64,000 bases of DNA from Chara braunii (Eukaryota > Plantae > Charophyceae). The stretch is taken from positions 3,077,181 through 3,141,180 of the forward strand of contig BFEA01000027.1 in the NCBI GenBank assembly GCA_003427395.1, in the 5' to 3' direction. The notes under the pieces were generated by a model that searched no databases, had not been told where the DNA came from, and was given only the letters and a program-made list of their open reading frames with translations. Made by a program: the position numbers and the translations under genes. Numbering within the stretch: the stretch's first letter is position 1; each line of letters begins with the position of its first letter. Shown here in pieces: positions 38,987 through 49,088 of this stretch.

Positions 38987-39525
38987 GTCATGCTGCTACA
39001 CAGAACTCCACAGAAAAGCATGACTGGGACTGACTGTTCCATCGCACTTTCGCCGACTCGTCGTGACGTTTTGTGTCTGTGTGTGTCTGTGTGTGTCTGT
39101 GTGTGTGGCATGTTTTTCGTTTGCTGAGCATAACCCTACAAGAGAAGGGTGTATCTGGGAGGGTGTGGGTCGGTGGGTTGGTGGGTGGGCTATATGTCCT
39201 GTCTTGGGGGAAGGAACAAGTATCCTGGGCTGACTTCTGTAAGCTTGGTATCTGAGAAATACAATCGCTTAAAAAAAAAAAAAAAAAAAGGGACAAAAGC
39301 ACCAAAAACAACAACAACATCACCGGCTGACTCCTGTAAAGTAGGTATCTGAGAGATCTAATCGGTTTTTAAAAAAAAAGGGGGGGGCGAAAGCACCAAA
39401 AACAAAATCCAAACAGGATGCATAAAGGGAAGGGGGGGGGGGGAAGAAAGGCGAACATTGCAGACTTACTGAAGGATCCGTGCATGGTGTGAAATCCTGG
39501 TACTCCCTTGTGCAAGGCTTAAAAG
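16669..39525 (-). CDS. Probable Golgi SAM-dependent (putative pectin) methyltransferase, PMT/DUF248/Methyltransf_29 family, PMT20/PMT21-like; spliced gene span, 5' end in a gap or beyond
   Basis: Eight exons with GT-AG sites and consistent phases across directly joined exons, carrying family motifs [107 protein letters not shown]. Confidence 0.95.
17041..17697 (+). mobile_element. Partial/solo LTR related to the LTR at 22579-23572 (in last PMT intron)
   Basis: Starts TGTG; shares collinear blocks (AGACAGTT..AGTTGGTTACA, GCACGTAC, ATTGACA..TGATTTC, CAGTGCATT..GCTTTCTG) with that LTR. Confidence 0.55.
18136..18213 (-). CDS. PMT methyltransferase exon ([26 protein letters not shown]); too short for the ORF track
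   Basis: ttcAG|G acceptor and AG|gtgag donor; phases match both neighbours (W and R split codons). Confidence 0.95.
19120..20455. repeat. Dispersed intronic repeat split by the hAT-like element; uninterrupted copy at ~34555-34912
   Basis: 19120-19391 plus 20344-20455 align collinearly with 34555-34912. Confidence 0.8.
19392..20335. mobile_element. hAT-like non-autonomous element, copy 2
   Basis: Perfect 8-bp TSD CAAGAAAG (19384-19391 / 20336-20343); short CA(A/T)GG termini; subterminal GGTTGGACCACCGGGGGTCCAACC palindromic repeats. Confidence 0.85.
21068..21601. mobile_element. Possible small TIR element with C-rich internal repeats
   Basis: CAGGGTAG...CTACCCTG termini, subterminal CCGAC repeats, internal (CCCCCCAACA)-like array; no TSD seen. 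Confidence 0.45.
21968..22152 (-). CDS. PMT methyltransferase exon ([20 protein letters not shown]...GTYHDW)
   Basis: ttttgcAG acceptor and TG|gtaagt donor; second SAM-binding motif. Confidence 0.95.
23574..23585 (+). other. Primer-binding site complementary to initiator tRNA-Met (TGGTATCGGAGC)
   Basis: 1 nt after the LTR CA end; 11/12 match to canonical TGGTATCAGAGC. Confidence 0.85.
24768..25668 (+). pseudogene. Gypsy gag-like remnant
   Basis: Charged/Ala-rich frames 24768..25181 and 25195..25668 upstream of the protease; assignment by position. Confidence 0.55.
25874..27820 (+). pseudogene. Gypsy pol remnant: aspartic protease, RT, integrase; RNase H deleted
   Basis: AFADIGST (D-T/S-G like); [34 protein letters not shown] (=YLDD), [14 protein letters not shown] fused directly to [13 protein letters not shown]; [26 protein letters not shown]. 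Confidence 0.92.
26295..26540. repeat. ~60-bp tandem repeat (3-4 imperfect copies) inside Gypsy pol
   Basis: Repeated CTATGGTTGCATGTG(T/C)GCCTCAACTTTCTATAATTATTA and GAGGATGCTACCTTCCCGGTGA. Confidence 0.85.
28919..30195. mobile_element. Non-autonomous Mutator-like TIR element, copy 2 (opposite orientation)
   Basis: ~80-bp TIRs; perfect 9-bp TSD TTTCTTTTT; internal (CT)n and gap; internal sequence is the reverse complement of 1876-3387. Confidence 0.9.
32169..32661. mobile_element. Tc1/mariner(pogo)-like MITE
   Basis: ~36-bp TIRs CCGTCTTCACCCGAAAATAA...; TA on both sides (TA TSD). Confidence 0.8.
33178..33358 (-). CDS. PMT methyltransferase exon ([10 protein letters not shown]...WQERVEFYK)
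   Basis: aacAG|G acceptor and AAG|gtttg donor; phase consistent. Confidence 0.9.
33955..34258 (-). CDS. PMT methyltransferase exon ([26 protein letters not shown]...ADDAW)
   Basis: tgtAG acceptor and TG|gtatgt donor; conserved motif. Confidence 0.95.
35314..35524 (-). CDS. PMT methyltransferase exon (VASWGG...CLIPWSANG)
   Basis: ttgcAG acceptor and G|gtgggt donor; conserved motif. Confidence 0.95.
36705..36822. repeat. 59-bp tandem repeat x2 at gap edge
   Basis: GCAGCCACGACCACAACGCACGGAATTAGCGGGATTGACTATGTTGTATTACACCTGAG twice; a third variant copy at 47704-47762. Confidence 0.9.
37603..37757 (-). CDS. PMT methyltransferase exon (RWSKHAG...RERHCPP...[25 protein letters not shown])
   Basis: cacAG acceptor and AG|gttagt donor; conserved motif. 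Confidence 0.93.
39470..39525 (-). CDS. PMT methyltransferase exon, 3' part ([18 protein letters not shown]); 5' part in gap
   Basis: Conserved C..YQD.TPCTDP motif; TCA|gtaagt donor. Confidence 0.9.
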
Positions 39526-40079
39526 NNNNNNNNNNNNNNNNNNNNNNNNNNNNNNNNNNNNNNNNNNNNNNNNNNNNNNNNNNNNNNNNNNNNNNNNNNN
39601 NNNNNNNNNNNNNNNNNNNNNNNNNNNNNNNNNNNNNNNNNNNNNNNNNNNNNNNNNNNNNNNNNNNNNNNNNNNNNNNNNNNNNNNNNNNNNNNNNNNN
39701 NNNNNNNNNNNNNNNNNNNNNNNNNNNNNNNNNNNNNNNNNNNNNNNNNNNNNNNNNNNNNNNNNNNNNNNNNNNNNNNNNNNNNNNNNNNNNNNNNNNN
39801 NNNNNNNNNNNNNNNNNNNNNNNNNNNNNNNNNNNNNNNNNNNNNNNNNNNNNNNNNNNNNNNNNNNNNNNNNNNNNNNNNNNNNNNNNNNNNNNNNNNN
39901 NNNNNNNNNNNNNNNNNNNNNNNNNNNNNNNNNNNNNNNNNNNNNNNNNNNNNNNNNNNNNNNNNNNNNNNNNNNNNNNNNNNNNNNNNNNNNNNNNNNN
40001 NNNNNNNNNNNNNNNNNNNNNNNNNNNNNNNNNNNNNNNNNNNNNNNNNNNNNNNNNNNNNNNNNNNNNNNNNNNNNNA

Positions 40080-40145
<66 letters not shown>

Positions 40146-40289
40146 CTACAGCAAAAGTCAGCTTGACAGATAGCATCGGAGAAAGTGGTGCTTTCAGTCA
40201 TGCAAATGTCGAAATTCAACTCACGCAACCTGTTATGCTCCCCCACCTTTCCCCCCGTCCTACTCCCTCCTCCTTCCTCCTCCTCCCTC

Positions 40290-41115
40290 CTCCCGTCGCG
40301 TGCCACGGGCGACACCGGCACGCAATTTTTTTCCACCTTTCTCTCATCCTCGTCCTCCTCTCTTCTCCTGTCACGTGCCACGTGGCACATCGGCACAGTA
40401 GTTTTTCTTGTTCTCTTCCCCGTCGTCGTCCTCCCTCCTCGCCTCCCCCTTCCCTCCTCCTCTCCTGCTTCCTCCATCCTCCCTCCTCCTACGTCCTCCT
40501 TCACACTTCCTGTCTAGTTATAAAGAAGGTTTTGAGGAAGACGGAAACGGAGCAAATGGGAACAACAAAAACTGTCGATCATTCAAGCAGCGAACATGGG
40601 CAGCCGAACGCATGACATGGTTCCCGTTCCATTTACGAAAAGAGAGAGACTGGCAAAGAAAACTTTATCCGCCCTCATCTTGCTCTCGTCCTCGTCGTCC
40701 TCCTCCCCCTCCTTCCCTCCTCCTCTATTCTCCTGTCGCGCGCCACGTGGCACATCGGCACGCTATTTTTTTGCTGTTCTCTTCCTCGTCGTCCTCCTCC
40801 CTCCTCCTCCTCGCTTCACCTGCCCTCCTCCCTCTGCTTACCCATTCCCCCTTCCTCCTCCTCCGTCCTCCTTCCTCCCTTCCTCCTCCTACGTCCCTCT
40901 CCGCACTTATTGTCTAGTCTAGTTATAAAGAACGTTTTAAGAAAGACCAAAAAAAAAATTGACAGCAAAGCGTGTCGATACGTCAAATTGAAAAGGAAGC
41001 ACATGACAACAACAAAATTTGCCGTTCATTCAAGCAGCGAGTATGAGCAGTCAAACGCATAACATGGTTTTCCGTTTCGTTTGCGGAAAGGAAGACTGGC
41101 AAAGAAAACTTTATT
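40290..41115. repeat. Imperfect tandem duplication (~400 bp) with CCT-rich tracts
   Basis: Repeated CCACGTGGCACATCGGCAC, CTAGTTATAAAGAA, ATTCAAGCAGCGA and GACTGGCAAAGAAAACTTTAT blocks. Confidence 0.75.
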
Positions 41116-41835
41116 CACCCCCGCCCCCGCCCCCGCCCCCCCCCCAGCGGCGATCCCCATTCCCTATGAAATGCAACCATCCCCCTCTCCTCTCCCAATC
41201 CGATCTTGCCTGCCTTGATCCAATCGGCCATGACCTGCTACCATCCCATCCTCTCCCATCGGCCGTGTCCTGCTACCATCTGATCACCTGGCACTCCTTT
41301 GTTTTCTTTTCTCTTTTTCGAAGAGTGAGAGAATTCACGTGCTCAACCACAGACGGACGGAAAATTAGACACAGTCATACATTCAGCCCCTCTCTGGGCA
41401 GAATCCTCACACTAAGACCTTTTCGACTGAGCTCAGGAGGTCATTCATTACAGGCGGATGCATCCAAGTCAGGCCATTGATTGCACTCAGATACACTCTG
41501 TGCAAGTAAGCCCTTACAGTGTTTCTCCCGCCTAAAAGACACAGCCACGAGTTGCAATGCACACACTCATCTCGCCCGTACCAACTTGCCAAAAACTTAG
41601 GTACGATGATCTCCCAGCAGTGAAACTCCCACCAACCAACAACTCACACCACTGCCACTTGTCCGCTCTCCCTTCTTCTCGTGCGCATCGTATTCGTCTC
41701 GGTGTCCCCTCGTCTTCCGGAGGACAGAAGACACAAAAAAAAAAAAAAATCAACTTTGCATTTCATTGGAAAAAAGCAGGGGGAGGCCGGGAATCGCTCC
41801 ACAATCAACCCGGAAAACACGTCCTCTGGGACCAT

Positions 41836-41977
41836 GGGCCTCGCTGCACTACTCTCCGCATGCACAAAGGACAAAACATATGGCAGCGTTTGGCAGCGTT
41901 TGGCAGCGTATCTTTCCATGTTCTAGAGAAGATTCATTCTCATTTTGTGCATTTGGAGAGTAGTGCAGCGAGGGCCC
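41836..41977. mobile_element. Tourist-like (PIF/Harbinger) MITE, family A
   Basis: TIR GGGCCTCGCTGCACTACTCTCC; homologs at 55480 and 61372. Confidence 0.7.
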
Positions 41978-43943
41978 TATTACCCACCTTAGGCTTCGAT
42001 CCCACAAGACGTTTGGGAGTAGGCACCGCGCCGTTCGGTTCGGTCCGTATAATTTTTTTTTTAATCCCACAGCCCCGACCTTCAAGGGCCTATCACAAGA
42101 AGTATGGCGGAAAGCGGTGGGCGTGCCAGGGACCTGTGGATTTCTATTGGTCCGACCCAAAAAAAAAAAAAAAAAAACAGAACTCCATTCGGCCTGCCTG
42201 CTTTTAGGGAAGGGAAGGGGCTGGCCGTTATTTGGAAAACTGTTGTCGCTTCGCGGCGGCTGTCGCGGCCTGATTGACTGACATACCGCGAGGCCGCGGG
42301 TTCGCAGCCCGCAGCGCCGACCTGGCGAACAGGGCCGCAGACGGCGTAGCTAAGGCGGGCAGGAATGCAAGTGGCGCCGAGGAGGTTGCGGGTTTGAGCC
42401 CCATAACCGTTTGTGGCGCACTTAGTGCCAACCAGCGCTGATAGTCCGCTTGAAAACTTCGACCGGTATTAACAGAGTTTAGCCATCACGGGTGTGAGTG
42501 TGAGTGTGAGCGGGCTGTGTGTGGTACGAGGGAAAGTATTGACTGCTGTCATCCCGTCTGCAGCGGGGGACACTGGCAAAATGCTTGGTCTTTGTGTTAG
42601 CCGGAGCCCCACCTATAGCCCCGCCCCATTCTTGACTGCCATGGTTGAGGGGGGGGGGGCAAGATGCATCGTCTGTGGTGGCTAGGTGGAGACAACAAAG
42701 CTATGTTCGCAGGGGTCTCCTCTATAAACCTCAGGGGTAGTGGCAGGAAGTCAGTGGAGCTGAATTGAAAGAATCTGGAAGGTGATGAAAGATTTGAGAG
42801 AAGAGCATACCCTAGCTTTATTATAAAAAAAAAATAAGAAAAAGAACATGTAGGAAACCGGGGCCAGCGTTGTGTGAGCAGTGTCTGCAGCTGGGAAAAC
42901 GTATGGAAGTTGTTGTACCATGGAATGCCAGCGTACGCAGCCGGTTTTTTTTTCTTTTTTTATACAGAAGAAATGGCACTTTTTGTAATAGCCGGAAAAC
43001 GGGTCCGGCGTCCCTCATACATTTGGCACGCTGATGTGGGGCGAGGCACCCCCGACTGGGCTCATCTTCAACCGTAGCCTGTGAAGCGCCCAAGCAAAAA
43101 AGGGCAAACGAATTATAAAAAAGAGCTATCCAAAACGTCGTCCTTCTGTTATTAACTTCAGCAATTCCACAAAGAGGGTCCATGGCTGAAAGCCCAGTCT
43201 CTGCAGCCAAAGCGACCAGAATCTATCTTTGCTGTATTGTGTCGTACGAGTAGACCCAAAAAACTCAAAAACAGCATGTTAAACTGCACAGGGAAAAGGC
43301 CCAAAAAAGCCACTCCAGAAATGGTCCTCCAGGCGAGGCCGACGGAAAAAGATCCGGAAAGCTCCCTGTCTGTAATCAAATGATTTTAAGCCGTTGGCTG
43401 TGCAACCTTTCTTTTTTGCATTCTGTATTCCCAGGCTACAAAGACAGCTTGTTTTATAGCGTAGTAGATATCTGCTTCCATCATTGAAGGCGTAAAATGT
43501 TATGTCGTTTGCATAGCAGCATCTCGAAGACTTCATATCGTCAATATAGCATCAGTCCGAACAGTCTCTTCTGCAGGGGTTGAACGACCAAGGGACGGTC
43601 GTCTTCTTGAAGTCACCCCCATCAGTACAAATTGATCATCTCATAGCGTAGCTGCCCCGGGAGATACAATCAAACAACCCACATCAAAAGAAAGAACAAA
43701 GAAAAGGTCACTGTACTTCACAATTAGGAAGCCGCCGTTTGGCATTGCGAGTTAGCCTCTGCATGTGCCCTGAGTCGGCACACTCGTGAACTGTTGAAGA
43801 TGAGATCCGAGGTTAAATGTGCTGTTGAATACAGACCTGAGTTCAAATGCATCGGCTATGATCAGTTGTCGAGGATGGGGGGCTCCGCCCCCCACCAGAA
43901 CACCCCTCCACCCCCAATGTTGACTTCGCAGCGGTGAATCTCA

Positions 43944-44028
43944 GGGCATACTCACCGTAGGACTTTTTCTGCCAATCTCTGTAACTGCAGTCAGATATAT
44001 TTAATAACATGCTACTGTAAGTATGCCC
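43944..44028. mobile_element. Tiny PIF/Harbinger-like MITE, family B (GGGCATACTCAC termini)
   Basis: GGGCATACTCAC...GTAAGTATGCCC with 3-bp TSD TCA; the same terminal motif recurs at ~28571, 28711, 31548, 61553-62336. Confidence 0.65.
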
Positions 44029-45777
44029 TCAAAAGGCACATTCATAAACTGTCAAAGTTCAGACCTGACTTCCATGCAACCTGGGGGAGGCTGAAGGGCC
44101 AGGACTTTTTTGCAAATTGTTGGACATGATTGTTGCCAGATTCATGGAGTCGGGCCATAACAACAGTCAGATACATAACAACGGTCAGATACATTTAGGA
44201 AACTGCTAGTGTGAGTATGAAAAATCCCTGCGTACGCAAGCTCGGGGAAGCTCAAGGGCACACGAGGACCTTTTCTGCCAATTTGTGGAGGTGATTTGTC
44301 TGCGAGCTTCTTGTCTCAGGCCATGCACCACCTCCTTCCGCTGAATAGAACACTTGGTCATAATCGCCATATGTAGACTACAAGTTGTTCCAAACACAGC
44401 TATAATGATCGTATGTTCTGTCCGAGGGACAACGGTAGGACTTTCCTGGACCAATGATACCTACGAGATTTTTGCACATTGAAAGGACGGTCGCCTGAAT
44501 CCACTACGCAATGTTGTAAATGAATTTAAAAAAAAAAAAGTTGGACTAATGAGAACTCTATCTGGACGTATAAGGGTCCAATTCAGACAGACCCTATTGG
44601 CCCACGTCTTCAGATAGAAATTAGCGGGAAACCTTCCCGCCCATTTGCAGAAACAACTGGACCTGGAAAGGGGTCGGGAAGAGTCAGACCCTTACCTGGG
44701 GTCTCTTGCCAGGAGGCCTTGCAACTCTTCCGAAAGGACGTGGGTACCCCCGCTCACTCCAGGAATAGGAAAAACATTTCCTATATTTAGAAAAGAAGAC
44801 GGCGCCATCGAGGAACTTTGAGCTTGAGCGCCGCTCGAAGCTACGGCTGATACTCCGCTAGCGAACCTGCGCCAGCACATACGGTGATAGTAAGTACGTG
44901 AAGGTTTCTTTTCGCAATTATTCGCTGCGCACGTGCGCACGAATTCTGAGGGTTGAGGTAAGTGCTCCTTCATCTGCACCTAGTCTGAATGTTTGGCAAG
45001 GTTCATATGAGGAGAAGGGAACTACACTTCGCTTTCTTCCTGTTTAATGAGTAATCAGGTTTGCTTTATGCTTTACTTATCCCGTACTTGCTTCACTTGG
45101 ATCGCTTCTCTGTAGGGCTACTGAAATGTCTGCTTTGTCGTACTAATACACGTAATGTCTACTCGAATGATTATCTCACTTTATTTACCATACCTTATTG
45201 AGGTTCAGTCGATGTGCACGCAATTTGTTGTCTTCTTAGTAAGAAATTTGTACTTGGCCTTTTCTAAGCAGGCCTTGCTGCTTATTGCAGATATGAGGAG
45301 TGACTAATCCCTTTATGCGCTAAGATTCACGAATAATGGTTTGCTGATCAAGTATTCTGAGCGAGGGCTGGAGGCCGATGCTTACCTATAATGAGTGTAG
45401 CATAGTCTTGCTTCTCGAAAGATCGACAGGTCATCAGAATTCAGGAGAAGGAATACTTTAGTACCATGGTAGGAGGAGGCGGGCACTTGATTTAGGGCAA
45501 TGTCACTTTGGACTTGCTTGATGAAACGCCTGAACTATGCTGCGGGCTGAGGAATCAAGTGCAGCGGTAGAAGGTTGAAGGCTCGCCTATGATTGGTGCA
45601 GCATAAGCCTCAACTACCTACAGGTGAGGGTCTCCATCTGAACTTAGTCAGGATACCTAAGTTCGGCAAATGAACGCCTTGAAGACCGAGAGAGTTGAAA
45701 CGCTCTCGCTGCAGAGTAAGCAGATGACTCGCCCCTTGCTAGGACTAGCTGACCGTCTTAGTTACGTCTTGCCTAAT

Positions 45778-45813
<36 letters not shown>

Positions 45814-46988
45814 AAGAGGAAGGAGTTCACAGTCTCGGTCATTAAAACCAGGCTATTGCTCTGCTCGTCGATAAATCTCCGAAAGCAGCCATCCAAGAAA
45901 GGTTTCAGACTGGCTGCTTGTCGATACGGCAAGTCCGCAATTTAGGAGTCTCCGCTTTCAAGTAGTGCAACTAGGAATTAAGGTTTGCCCTGCCCATTTG
46001 TGAGAATTGATTTGGGAACTAACCGATACTATCAAAGTCCAGGGAACTCTTAGAACCTAAAGGTACTATCGTTGTGTGCACTATTCATTAGAGAACCCGA
46101 TTGGAGAAGTCGCGGTTTGATCTAATGAAAATCTTATCGCTACACAGACTAGTGACGTATCGTTTTGAGAACAGAGCAGTAATGCTGGAGTAGGGAAATG
46201 TATAAGTCTGTGCTTCTACTCCAGGCAGCGTCCTGCCCTACTGCAACCTTTCGAGGGACTAGATACGCCCCTTCTCTAGGACGTCTGTGCTCTGAATTTG
46301 ATCGGTCTCAAATCTCTTTACTTATTAGATCCTAGGGTTTCATCCAAGATAATTTGGAACTGCTGCCCTGAGTACTTTAGGCGTTAGAGAGATGAATGGC
46401 AGCAATCCGGGGTAGAATAGAATACTCCTCGTTAACAGAAGATTACGAGTTTTAGAGGACGAAGTTTCAGAAGCTAGAATAACTCGCCCAGTTAATGCTC
46501 CACTTTACTTAGAAATAGGACTAGCCTGACCGGTAGAATGTGAAAGAAATTTCTATTACTAGGCAAATTGTTTATCGAGTTTACGTCATAATTAGCAACC
46601 ACTGCTGTAGGATTGTAGAGGGTTGTCGAATCCTGGCAACTATTAAACTCTAAGGGAAAAAAAAAAAAAAAAAAAAGGGTGGGGAGCGGAATTGGAAAGG
46701 ACTGAATTATCGTTGTTTTCTCGGTCATATGCCTCTAGACTAAGGATGACTACAACTAATCTAGAGATGAGTGGCTAAGAAGACGCTTGAGTCTATTCTC
46801 TTCGAAGACTGATGGCCAAATCCGGATTTGACGCTCCAACTAACTAGGAATCTTGATTTTCAGTTCAAAGTTGTTTGGGTTGAGCCAGACTAAAAATTCT
46901 TAGTATGCTGAAAATACCGTTTTAGCAACTAGTAAACTTGAAGCTTAGGTATGAACTCCCTAGGATCTCGTTATTTAACATGACCAAC

Positions 46989-47022
<34 letters not shown>

Positions 47023-47540
47023 GAGAATTTTGCATCTAGTAGCGCAGTACCTACCGATAGATCCCGAGTTCTGCTATTCTCCCTAAGTAGGACCTAAGAC
47101 CAGGCCGAGTATCAGCAACCACTTACAATTCTATAAAACGTTGAGAAAGAATCCGGAAGCTTCTCTTTGGCGATATTTGAACTATATAGCATTACCTTAA
47201 TCAAACGGGTCTGGGTAATTAACCCATCACTAGGTAGCAGAAAACCTCTGAGGTTGGCCCCACCCTGACTCAGACCGGTTCCGTGGTCCAATCGGGCCTG
47301 AGGACAAACACTTGCTTTAGATTAAACTCTAAAGTCCTGATAGCCTCCCCTATTTTACTTCACACTCAAGTACAATAAGTAAAGACACTTATGCGGCTGT
47401 AGCTATCGTCCATTTGAAGAGAGTCGAGAAAAGAAGAAGGGAGAGAGAGGAGAAGGGTGAAGGAGGCTGAAGGGAGGAAGCAAGAAGGATAGAAGAAATC
47501 CGGAGGAGGAAGGGAAGATGCAGCCGGGAGGCAAGCACCC

Positions 47541-47576
<36 letters not shown>

Positions 47577-47616
47577 AGGGGATGAGGGAAAGACAGGAAG
47601 AAGAAGAAAAGGAGGG

Positions 47617-47654
47617 CTGTCTCTTATACACATCTAGATGTGTATAAGAGACAG
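47617..47654. other. Nextera mate-pair junction adapter (assembly contamination)
   Basis: Exact CTGTCTCTTATACACATCT+AGATGTGTATAAGAGACAG (head-to-head Tn5 mosaic ends). Confidence 0.98.
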
Positions 47655-47765
47655 GTCATAGGGAACGTTGCTGCTTTGCAGAAAATCGGAGCATCAACAA
47701 GAAGCAGCCACGACCACAACGCACGGAATTAGCGGGATTGACTATTGACTATGTTGTATTACGAC

Positions 47766-47799
47766 CTGTCTCTTATACACATCTAGATGTGTATAAGAG
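47766..47799. other. Second Nextera junction adapter, truncated by gap
   Basis: CTGTCTCTTATACACATCTAGATGTGTATAAGAG followed by Ns. Confidence 0.97.
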
Positions 47800-48158
47800 N
47801 NNNNNNNNNNNNNNNNNNNNNNNNNNNNNNNNNNNNNNNNNNNNNNNNNNNNNNNNNNNNNNNNNNNNNNNNNNNNNNNNAAGGGAAAAGGGGAGGGGGG
47901 GGGAGCATTTGTTTCTCCAAAATCTACTGGACCTCAATGACGAACGAACTCCAAGACCCTATAACAAAATGTATGCAATCCCAGTCTTACAAAACGCGGT
48001 TATAGGGCATTATATCAGATCTGTCCCCTTTATTTCTCGAACAACCCGGTTAACCGAGTAACAAGCCTACTCCTGCTTATTTGCCTCACCAAAAGAGTAT
48101 TTATACACTCTAATTCCCGACATTTGGGCAACGAAGGAAAGCAGTAGGAGCCGTAGTT

Positions 48159-49088
48159 ATGGACGAATTACGCGACAGCGTCACCAATACCCACTCCTTG
48201 CGAGCCGCTCAGTCAGATAGAGTTAGGAGTTACTTTCTTCACTTAGTGCGTAGCTTCCGGCCGGTAGACCGAGAAACCCTCTCTCCGTTAGTATTGATGG
48301 CGGAACCGAAGAACCAATTCGTCTTGGACAGGACAATGGGAAGCCTCGTCCGAGCCGGCGAGGCCAGCTTGCTCCATGGGATCAACGTAGACGCAATTCG
48401 GCCTGCCAAAAGTGCCGCTAGCGGCGGAGACTCTCGTCGCAGTGCTGATGCACTTACGCTTTTCCTCTCAAGCAAAGCCTTCTGCACTTTCCGCTCTGCA
48501 ATACTCGATGAATTCTTTTGTATTGTGGATGTTGAACAATGGAGAGAAGCTCTCGCGCAGCCAGAATTGGTGGAGGTCTTCGCCATGACCACTTTTTCGC
48601 CTATGCATGGTAGATACCTGATCGATCTCTCTCAATCTGAGCTCAACGACCTAGCTTACTGGCAAGACTCTGCCTGGGAACTTAGAAAGCCGCTTGCAAA
48701 GGCACTGTTCTTCGTACTAGGTTTCCTTTTGAGCGATTGCGGCCGATGCCGCATCAATTATCATATCCTTGGCGAACTCACGTATCTGCTAATTAGCGCA
48801 AATCCGGAGGATAGGAGGATGATTGATGTCCGGAGTTTCCTTCTCGACAGAGTGTCCCGACTCGTTCGGGAGGAATTTGCCAAGTTGGAACTTTCATGGT
48901 GGATGGACTTCGGATCCAGAGCTTGGATTACCTATCTCATGGCGGATTTAGCAGGCGTAAATCGCCGATGGGCGCTCACTGGCGAAGGTTGCAGCGGTCT
49001 CGATCAATCGGAAGAAGTCGGGCGATTGGTTCGGCGGATCAAGTTCGGACTCTCGCAACTCACCCTTGCGGCATTGGAAGGCACTTGA
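48159..49088 (+). CDS. Orphan intronless ORF, 309 aa, unknown function
   Basis: ATG-to-stop 930-bp frame with ordinary globular composition in a region otherwise lacking long ORFs; no motif recognised. Confidence 0.5.
   Translation: MDELRDSVTNTHSLRAAQSDRVRSYFLHLVRSFRPVDRETLSPLVLMAEPKNQFVLDRTMGSLVRAGEASLLHGINVDAIRPAKSAASGGDSRRSADALTLFLSSKAFCTFRSAILDEFFCIVDVEQWREALAQPELVEVFAMTTFSPMHGRYLIDLSQSELNDLAYWQDSAWELRKPLAKALFFVLGFLLSDCGRCRINYHILGELTYLLISANPEDRRMIDVRSFLLDRVSRLVREEFAKLELSWWMDFGSRAWITYLMADLAGVNRRWALTGEGCSGLDQSEEVGRLVRRIKFGLSQLTLAALEGT

Noticed and set aside
43785-43870. Similarity to 62350-62430 as terminal repeats of the YR element
   Set aside because: Weak match, and both lie beside family-B MITE termini; more likely that dispersed repeat.
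46023-46170. ABCG-like H-loop motif (GTIVVCTIH*...RFDLMKILSLHRLV) or methyltransferase-like RELLEPKG
   Set aside because: Needs a stop read as Gln; no Walker A/B, signature or SAM motif in frame upstream; other frames look equally protein-like.
45290-46650. Alternative genetic code (TAR=Gln) contaminant
   Set aside because: TGA stops also interrupt the frames examined; mutational decay is simpler.
47617-47799. Tn5/IS50 transposon ends or horizontal transfer
   Set aside because: Head-to-head hyperactive mosaic ends are the Nextera junction adapter; no transposase nearby.
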